A stretch of DNA of 64,000 nt from Girardia tigrina. Its lineage: Eukaryota. This document shows, one piece after another, positions 55,268 through 64,000 of this stretch (positions are counted from its first letter, which is position 1; each line of letters opens with the position of its first letter). A program made the position numbers and the translations under genes. The notes below the pieces were generated by a model. It had not been told where the DNA came from. It saw only the letters and a list, made by a program, of their open reading frames with translations, and did not search any database. The DNA is taken from positions 1 to 64,000 of the forward strand of contig MQRK01213582.1 in the NCBI GenBank assembly GCA_001938485.1, given 5' to 3'.

Positions 55268-55412
55268 AAAAATAAAAAATTTTAAAATCATTATTCTTTT
55301 ATATTTTTTCAATTCAATTTTGAAATAAATAAATTAAATTAATATTTTGTTAAATAATTAATATTCATTTTAATTTTTAACCAATAAAATTAAGAATAAG
55401 TATTTTAACAAT

Positions 55413-56000
55413 TTATGTAAATCTCCATTTGCTTAGATTATTAACAACATCACAATTTGAATGCAAACATTTATTGATAACACAAACAAATTCTTCACAA
55501 CAATTCTCAGAGGTCATCTTTCTTTGATTGATATAGTTTTTGTTTAGGTATTCAAATCTAAAAAAACAACGAATGGGAAACTTTTTAATATTAATTTTTA
55601 ATTTCTTATATTTTATTAAATAAAAAGGCATTATGTAATTTTTAAATGAACATTAATTTTTAAAATATATTAAATTTAATAAGTTAAAATCGTTTACTAA
55701 AAATATTATTAAAATTCATAATTATAAAACTTTAATTAATTAGTACTTAAAATTAATATCATTAGATTCAAATAATCAATCAATAAACATATCAATCCCA
55801 TCTGAGTAGGAGAGTCACAAATCAAAACAGCATACAAACAACAAACTTACAACATTCCAAATTATCCCTCACATATATAATAAGATTAAAATTATTAATT
55901 AATTAAACTGATGCAATCGTATGAAAGTTTTGACAAAGATTTTCCTGAGGACAATCAAACTTGTTGTAATAATAAAAATATGAAAAGTCACATTGGCGTT
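55413..56000. repeat. Two opposite-strand pieces of the unnamed Cys-rich family
   Basis: Minus: motif at ~55800 (CCCATCTGAG on +), then KNYINQRKMTSENCCEEF..SNCDV; plus at ~55920: YESFDKDFPEDNQTCCNNKNMKSHIGVL, matching the 9.1-kb copy. Confidence 0.6.
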
Positions 56001-58250
56001 TTATTTAATTATAATTACTTATTTTTAAAATTTTAGTTTAAAATTACATTCCATATTTATGATATTGAAGTTTAAAAATATCGATTGACTTTTTTTATTT
56101 TCGTTTTATTATTTTTACAACCTTTTAGTCATGAATTTCCAATAAATATATTAATATTTTTGATCTGAATTTGTGAAAATTATAATTTTAATAATTATAA
56201 AAAATTAATTGATTTTAAAATAATTTTATAATTATCAAAAAAAACGTACAAAATATCTTCATTTCATTATTAAAGCGAGTTAAAGAGATCATCATATTCC
56301 ATTTCCTGCTCAAATGCATTACCAAATTATCCGCTGTTAACAAATTTTGCCAACGGGAAAATTGTGAAAATGATTTTTCAATTAACATTTTTATTTCTTT
56401 CTTTACAATAATTTTGTTTCTTTTCTTTTTCCTAAATACTAATTGAAAAATATAATATTTTTTCTAATATCATTTTGCAAAAAAATGATAAAAATTTAAT
56501 TTAAATAATTTTAATTATAAATATTTTTTAATTAAATTATAATTAACCCTTGTTTTTTTGTTCTTTAAAATTCGAAAGAAGAATAGCCTTGAGAAATATG
56601 AATTTTAATTAAATTTTATAAACTTAATTAATTTTATCGCTAATTATTATTTAATTTAATTTGAATTATCGTATTACATTCATTGACTGTATAATATCTA
56701 AAATTATATTGAATGAATTATTGTTTTTTTTAATAATTAAAAATCGAAAAAGGAAAAATAAATGTATACTGAAGAAGTAGAAAAGAAAAAAATATTTTGA
56801 TTTAAAATAAATCTGAGATGTTTAATAATTTATATGATTATTATTTTTAATTTAAATTATTTATAATAAATATAACATCCATAAATGTAAGATTATAATA
56901 GTAATTTATAATTCAACAATACGATCATACATCATTATGGTTTCTATATTTATCTGATAAAAATAAACAAAATTAGCTTTGAAAAAAAATTAAAAACAGC
57001 GTATAGTTTCGATAAACATAAGTAAAATTGGCTTCTTTGACTTCATTTTTTATTTATATATTTGTTATTATTTCAGTCCTTAATATTTTATTACAATTAT
57101 TATATTAATTTTATTATTATTATTATAAATAATAATATTAATATTTATTATCTTAAATAAAAATGTTCTATCAAATAAAGTAAAACATGCGTTAATAATA
57201 TTCATTTGTAAAAATACTCTAAAATGATTGGATGAATCACTTAACACATTCAAGTACATTTCGTGATTATTTATTTTAGTGGTGCTTGAGTAACATTTTT
57301 CTACAATTTAAGTCTGTTTCAATTAATTTTTCAACTATATAAATAGCGATTAATCACTTGTAATTTGAAGAAAAGTTGTTTTTCTGTTTATAAATAATAA
57401 TGTATATTTTATACTTATAATGAGTGTAATCCTGAAGTACACAATGACTATCGAAAGGAGAAATGAAGTCAATCCTTTATTAAAAAACGTTTTAATTTTT
57501 GCCGCATTCAAATGCTTTCCACTAGAATAATAGATGCTACATCAAGTACATAACTTTACATGCAAAACTCTTTTTCTTAGAGCAAAAAATTACTTAACCA
57601 AAAACGTAATTATAAGTGAATAAATATATTTATATATTTTAATCGTGTAATTATTATTTTTACATAGCATGAAACAAAAAAATGTAAAATATTACCAAAA
57701 CTTTTGCAGTAAAATAACATATTTCATTATATCAAAAATAATTTATAAAATTGATGTGCAAATTGATAGTTTAATTGATAAGAAAATAAGTTTGCAATAG
57801 AAAAATCCCTTCAACTAAGAAAACTAAAAAGAAGAAATTTTAATTTATTATCAAAAATTCTCAATTAATTAAAATTCTCAACTTAAAGTAAAAACCCTCT
57901 AAGGGTAGTAACAAAGTTGCAGGGTATTTTGAATTTTCTCAACACATCCTTTTCTTTCTTTTTGGGATTTTTATTAAAATTTTTTTTTCAACTTTTGTTG
58001 ATTGACAAAAAATTATTTATTATTATAATATTATATATTTAATTGTGCAACTTGCTTGTATCTCGTTCTATTAAAAAATAGTAAAATAAATCATTAAATA
58101 TAAATTATAATTTTTATTTTGAATTAGCGTATTTAAAATTAAAAACCTTTTCCAAATATATTAATGAAATAATTTTAAACAATAAATCTTTTCATTTGTG
58201 TAATCAAATCATATAATTTATAAAAAAGTAATTATGTTTTCGTATTTCAG

Positions 58251-58328
58251 GGGATGAACATAATATTTATGAAAAAAATTCGGAAATGTCGGCTGCCCAA
58301 ATTATTGATAAAAATGTAACTCAGGTTC
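58251..58328 (+). CDS. Candidate internal cytoplasmic exon of the protocadherin (GDEHNIYEKNSEMSAAQIIDKNVTQV)
   Basis: Acceptor TGTTTTCGTATTTCAG|, open in phase 1, canonical donor GTAAGT at 58329; 78 nt, symmetric phase. Confidence 0.5.
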
Positions 58329-58513
58329 GTAAGTTTTATTTTCGTTGTATTTTTGAAAGATAAATCGGAATAAATTGTTTGGATCATTGTGAATAATTTA
58401 CAACTGAATGCCAAAAAAATAATTGTTAAAAAAATATTGACAAAATATTTCATTTAAAAAAATTCAGAATGGTTATCCGTTAATAACATCTATTAAGAAC
58501 ACTAATATAATTT

Positions 58514-59296
58514 TCAATACATTTATTGACATCACAACTCGAATTGCCTCCAAGACAATTCTCCACAAAAATTTTGTAGTTAGACATCGTTCTTGATTGA
58601 AATATTTAATTCTATTTCTAAACGTCTTATTATTCGAACAAATTAAAATTACAAAATAATTTTAAATTATGTTTAAAACTATTTTTATTTATTGGAAATA
58701 TATTATTTTTGATTAAAATATTATTATATTTTTATTGATTAAAATTATTATTAATTTAATTTTAAAGTTGTTATTTACATTTTTAAATTTTCCTAATAAT
58801 CCGAAGTTTCAAAACATTCAAAATATCAATCTTCCATCTGGGTTGAAGAAACATAATCCTAAAAACAACATACAATAAACAACATACAATAAACAACATT
58901 CGAAAATATTCATCGTAATATCAAGGTGAATATTCACAAGATCATATATTTATAGAAATGACATGTTATAAACTAATTAAAAAAGTAAACAAAATAATCA
59001 CTCTCTAACACAGTGGTTCTTGACATTTTTTCATGTAGCGCCCCCTTTTTATAAATTTTGGAAACGTAAACTTTCTAGCGCCCCCTTCTTCCAAAGAAAC
59101 GTTTTCTTTTTCCAAAGAAAAAAAGATGAAAAAAATTGGTGAACCAATAAAAAATTCAAATTCAACATTAAAAGTCACACAAAAGAAGAAGGAAAAAAAC
59201 GATTGTATAAACGATTTAACGAGGTTATCACATTTTAAATAACTTTTTAATTAAAAGTAAAACTATTTATCAAAAAAATATTTTCAAAAGTTTTTT
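58514..59296 (+). repeat. Copy B of the ~780-bp duplication
   Basis: Nearly identical to 40552-41328. Confidence 0.9.
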
Positions 59297-59674
59297 ATAA
59301 AAAAATGTTTTAGTGGAAAAATATTCATCAACAAAAATACCTGCAAAATATAAAAGAGTAAATGATTTAAATTCACAATTTTTCAATATAAACTTTAAAA
59401 GTGTAAACAAAGTGATATTTACAATTTATAAAAATTTATTTTTCATTTTGTAACAGCACTTAATGAGAACCCTGGGCCTTATGTTTTTTTGACAAGGTTA
59501 TCTATATTCTACGTCAACTTATTCAATACAAGACGAAAATCTCCTCTGTTGATAATATCCAAACGATTCCTTTTTCTGTTCAACAGATTCATTACAGTGC
59601 TAAAATCACCCTCCACTAGATACGTTGAGGAAAATGCAAGTACAGTAGATTCTGTTTTAATGCGATTTTGAAAT

Positions 59675-59823
59675 AGTGCGGTTTTTAAGAAAAAATAATA
59701 TGTAATAAAAAGCTTCCAGTTCATTGGATGGCTAACAAGAAAACGTGGGTAACTACCGCAATTTTTACAGAGTGGTTTAATCCTTATTTTATTCCAGAAG
59801 TTAAGAAATATTTGTTAGATAAA
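59675..59823 (+). mobile_element. pogo/Tigger transposase fragment inside the Buster transposase
   Basis: KLPVHWMANKKTWVTTAIFTEWFNPYFIPEVKKYL matches the pogo/TIGD DDE-domain motif; no TIRs. Confidence 0.75.
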
Positions 59824-61217
59824 TCATTCATTCTGTAATTCTAGCAACTCCTCTGGTAGTTCAATTTCAACATTAGAAATTTTTACCTGAAAAGGATCAG
59901 TCATCCATGATTCAATTTTCATTTTAATAATATCATGAAAGCGAGTTTCCATATCTTTCTTTAGTTCCTGCAAATGATTACCATAGCGTTCAACATATTT
60001 TAGCAATACTTCGTTTATTAAAGAAACAAGCTCAGGAACATTGTAGAATTCCTTTCTATGAATGTTCTGAAGAAATAAATCAAGCTTCTTGGTGAATGTA
60101 ACAATGATTCGTTTGTATTCAATATGTGTTTTGCAGATTGCACCATCTGTTGCACAAGCATCTTGCCTTGAAGTTGCAAGTTCATATCATTAAACTTTTG
60201 ATATAGTCCAGCCAGGTAAAACACATCATTCTTGATTCTCCTCAACTCATTGCAAAAGTCAGAATTATTCTCTTCTTCAAAGTATTTCAGAATAATGTCA
60301 AACAACTCAATAAAGCTATATTGATAATTTCCTTTAGAAAACCAACGTACATCAGTATGCAGCAAAAGCTTATTATGTCCTTCATCATTTCCTCACAAAA
60401 TTGATGAAAAATTTGATCACTCTTGATATGACTTTTGATTTTATTCACAGCTTTTATGACTATGTTTAAGGAATCATGCAACTGTGGACTAAGATTTTTA
60501 TCAACAAGATCATAATGGTAAAAATGTCTGAATGGTAAAAATGTATGAATGGTGAAATGTCTCGAACTTTTCTTTTAAACAGGTTGTAAAACCGCGATAA
60601 GACCAGTCATAGAATATCATTTTTAATGAATAATGTGTTCACCAGTTTAAGTACAGTTTCTTCTTTAGTATCGCAGGTTAGTGTTTCAGCAAACAACAGC
60701 TCTTCTTTTAAGCTAAAATCTTCATCAAAATATCTCACATAGCCAAGTACTAAAACAGAGTTATCTGATAAAGTTGACTCATCAATCTGTAGAGAAGGTT
60801 TTTTTGGTTAAAGTTTTTCAAGAAGCTGTAGCTTAACATCATCAGCCATTTCATCAATACGCATTTGAACAGTACCATTAGCAATAATTTCTGCAATACG
60901 ATATGAGGCACTCAAAGTATCATCAACTTTCGTTTGAGAATATAAAAAAAATTAAATTAAAAAGTTTTGAGTTTGGAAATTTTATATATTGGTTAATTTG
61001 ATTTTTGTAAATGGAAAAATGTAAATTTGAAAAAGAATTGTAATTATTATTTGAAATTTGTAATTATTATTTATGATTTGGCATTGTTTTAATGCATAAG
61101 TTAATATAGAAATTTTGATATCGAATAAAAAGTTATTAAGCGATATCGATTTTTTTATTGCGATTAAAAATAAAAGGAAATATTGTTCCTGAATATTGTT
61201 CCTGAATATCGGCTCGA

Positions 61218-61571
61218 ATGACATTAAAATTGAAATTATTGAAGAAAATCCAAGAATCTCTAATATCTCCCTCAATTCCCGAATCGAAAAACGAAGATGA
61301 AAGACAAATGATAGAATTATTGCTGCGGCAGGTGCACCCAGACACTGGCATCTCCGGCGAAGCCATGTCAAACATGAAAAATTTCGTGAACGACGTTTTT
61401 GAAGGGATTGGAAGTGAGGTCAGACGATTGGCGCATTGCAACGAGAAGTCGACTATCACGAGCAGAGAGATCCAGACGGGAGTGATACTGCTGCTGCCGG
61501 GAGATTTGGCTAAGAACGCCGCAGGTTGCGAAAGAAATACGGCCCTCTTTAGGGCTAAAATTGGGGATTGA
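61218..61571 (+). CDS. Chimeric histone H2B-like ORF (non-histone N-terminus, H2B fold, read-through of the 3' UTR); may be a pseudogene
   Basis: [66 protein letters not shown] aligns without gaps to canonical H2B; basic tail and TKAVTKY end are absent. Confidence 0.85.
   Translation: MTLKLKLLKKIQESLISPSIPESKNEDERQMIELLLRQVHPDTGISGEAMSNMKNFVNDVFEGIGSEVRRLAHCNEKSTITSREIQTGVILLLPGDLAKNAAGCERNTALFRAKIGD
61541..61556 (+). other. Replication-dependent histone mRNA 3' stem-loop
   Basis: GGCCCT-CTTT-AGGGCT has the 6-bp stem and 4-nt loop of the metazoan consensus GGYYCT-TTTN-AGRRCC (first loop base and last base differ), with A-rich flanks, directly after the H2B-derived sequence. Confidence 0.75.
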
Positions 61572-63479
61572 ACAGTAAATGCAGGTGATAAAAGTTCGAT
61601 AAACAGAAATCGACAAGAAGACGCCAGTTGAAGAACTCTGGGCGTGGCTGCCGCGCTTAACCTGCAGCTCTGCGATCATTTCCTACTTATTCTTTTAAAC
61701 ATTGAAGAAATTTTTGATTGTTTTCAAAATTTTTCACAAAAATTCTTAAAATATTCAATTGTCTTATTCTTCTTATCAGCATTTATAATCTACAAATGTT
61801 CTTTTAGACGACTAGGCTTCAGAAATTCATTGGAAAATCACTTTTGACACAAAAGACACATTAGTTTCCGTTTTTCAATTAATGACCGAATAAAACCAAA
61901 TTCCAAATAGCTTACTGAATATTGTACTAACTAAGTACAGAAGATTTTCCACAGTTATTTTTTCAAGTTACTTGTCTGACATCATATGATATAGGAAATA
62001 AATCATTGTTCATTAAATCGAAACTTTTCCTACCATCGCCCCCATAACGCCCCTTGCCCTCACAGCGCTCCCTGGAAATTAAAAAACGCCCCCTGGGGGG
62101 CGATATTACCCACGTTGAGAACCACTGCTCCAACACAATGCGAACTTCTTAAATAAACAAAACAGGAATCATATTAAGTTCAGACATTTTATAAGACGTC
62201 TTACTTCTTAAAATACTTATTATATTTAGTAATCGAGAAAATAGTTTCGTACTTTTAACATTAACTTAACTTTATAACTAGTGTTGGTCATTATTGTACT
62301 GATATAAAGATCTCAAGAAGAGATTAAATCTAAGATATATGTTAAATAGTTTCAAATAAAATAATCTTAAAAAATAGACTATAACAAGGAACATACAAGG
62401 TATTTTACTTTATATTTCCAAAAAAGAAGCAATTTGATTCAAGGTTTACATCATTTGTATGGAATGGAAAACATGCGGATATTATCCGTATAGTTCATTT
62501 GTTGTTTAAACGTTTCAGAGACGGATATTTTAGTCCAGCAAATACATTTTGTTATGGCAAGCCTTCTAATATTGATAGTATCAGCTGGATATTTTGACTT
62601 ATACATCAATTCAAAAAAACAATCGTTAAATTTAGTGGACCAGTATATTTGTGCTATTTTCAAAAAATAAAATTTTTACAATAGACATTTACTACAATCA
62701 CTAGGAACAATTAGCCGATAATTTATAGAACTCTCGATTGTGGCTTATATAATTTAATAAATTCTAAGCTAACACGGTACCCCAACAAAAGCGCTAAAAG
62801 GGGTTTGTATAATGTTTTTGAAGATTTTTTATTATTGATTTTTTAATGCTAAAATTATTTTTGAAATATAAATTTGGACGAAAAGATAAAAAAAACACAA
62901 ATTTATTATCAATTTAACATTTATTCAAAAGACACAATCTAAATTCCACTAAATATATGACTTATAGTTTGCTGAATAAAGATAAGTTGACGACGGAAAT
63001 GATCGACCAATGTATAAATGGGAGGATGATGACAAACAACAGTGAAATACATTATTCCAATCCTCAACTGAATTATTTTCAAAAACATTTCTTAAATTTA
63101 TATTTTAAAAATATTTTTATCATTAACGAATCAATAATAAAATTTTTTCAAAAACATTATGCAATCCTCTTTTAGATCATTTGTCAGTGCGCGCATTTGT
63201 CCAGTCACCAGCTAATACATCCTCCATAATATTCTCCTTACATGGCTTCTTTACATATATGACTATAATAAAATATTGAGATCAGAAAACGTTCATTGAT
63301 TACAAATATATCAATTTTTGACATTTTTTATCTTTAAAGCAAAAAATATATTTATATAAGTCGAAATCGTTATAAAAATAGTAAAAAAATAAGGCTTAAT
63401 AAAACAAATTCTCATTTGTATTTACACCAAACGAATAAATTTCCTTCTAACCTAACATTCATGTAAAAAGTTTCTTAAA

Positions 63480-64000
63480 TATTTAAAATACCAAAATTGT
63501 TTAAGTAAACGAAATGGTAAAAAACTAATTTCATGTTTCCGATGGTATGTGAAATTCCCCTCCAGCAATACGTATCGCAATGGCAAAAAACGCTTCAGAT
63601 GCCCAACAACCATTGATAAACGAGTTCTGCGCCATTCCATTGAAGCAGATCCTACACAAACAACGCACGAACTGGTCGCTGAACTCAAAACTTCATATAC
63701 AACCATTATTTGGAACCTTCAGAAAATAAACAAAAATAAACTTGGTCAAGTGACACGAAATCAACGAAATACAAAGAAATCGAAGAGTTACCGACTGTTC
63801 TTGGCTATAGCGCAAATTCACCCGTAGTGGATTGTTACGGATTTCGACGTGCGATGAGAAGTAGATTGTCTACGATACTTGGAAAAGCAAAAAACCAATG
63901 GTTGAGTCCGGGTCAAATCGGAAAACGGATACCTCTAAGTTATCTGAATCAAAATAAGGTGATGTTGTGCGTTTGGATGACACCAAACCTATTCACTGGG
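63480..64000 (+). mobile_element. Degenerate mariner, continues beyond the window
   Basis: PTTIDKRVLRHSIEADPTQTTHELVAEL HTH, TCDEK and KVMLCVW motifs. Confidence 0.8.

Larger units (their letters stand above)
59460..61925 (-). pseudogene. Buster/ZBED8/SCAND3-type transposase pseudogene, split by inserts
   Basis: N-terminus QYSVSYLEFGFI..MCLLCQK*FSNEFLKPSRLKEHL (~61790-61925); SASYRIA..RIDEMA, LQIDEST, LHTDVRWFSKG, FSSTYLVEGDFS and QGSH* further along; many stops. Confidence 0.92.
59011..62127 (-). mobile_element. Buster-type hAT transposon carrying foreign inserts
   Basis: TIRs CAGTGGTTCT / AGAACCACTG; 8-bp TSD CTCTAACA / CTCCAACA (nnnTAnnn, Buster-like); GCGCCCC subterminal repeats at both ends. 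Confidence 0.95.

Noticed and set aside
1419-58453. Many short ORFs rich in F, I, L, K and N, and antisense shadows of TE ORFs
   Set aside because: These are expected by chance in very AT-rich DNA or on the opposite strand of transposase and RT remnants.
61572-61680. H2A partner next to the H2B (PR..LQL.AI on +; KRGSHAQ on -)
   Set aside because: The resemblance needs frameshifts and covers few residues, so it is not distinguishable from chance by eye. A profile search would settle it.
62957-63175. ORF as the next protocadherin exon
   Set aside because: The TTATAG acceptor is phase 2, incompatible with the 58328 donor (phase 1). The alternative AG has no pyrimidine tract.
1-64000. Prokaryotic features (operons, CRISPR arrays, rRNA or tRNA genes)
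   Set aside because: The DNA is intron-containing and eukaryotic; no repeat-spacer array, cloverleaf or rRNA-like sequence was seen.

Overview
AT-rich animal genomic DNA from a draft assembly with two N gaps. The AT content, cecropia-type mariners and the style of the protocadherin suggest a flatworm such as a planarian; this is inference. One host gene dominates the window: a + strand seven-EC (delta-1-like) protocadherin. Its coding exons 11831-13838, 42091-42548 and 46386-46590 join in frame across a 28.3-kb and a 3.8-kb intron. Two candidate alternative cytoplasmic exons follow (54246-54268 terminal; 58251-58328 internal). The rest is transposon debris: mariners, hAT elements (three with 8-bp TSDs), RTE/CR1-type LINEs, a Gypsy RT fragment, Penelope-like remnants with hammerhead motifs, MITEs, and an unnamed dispersed family with Cys-rich ORF remnants. 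The most unusual structure is a TIR/TSD-bounded Buster-type hAT (59011-62127). Its transposase is split by a 745-bp cassette carrying an antisense, open, chimeric histone H2B ORF that includes the histone mRNA 3' stem-loop, and it also holds a pogo-transposase fragment. A degenerate HDV-like ribozyme lies about 120 bp upstream of the TM exon. All calls were made by eye; no searches were run.
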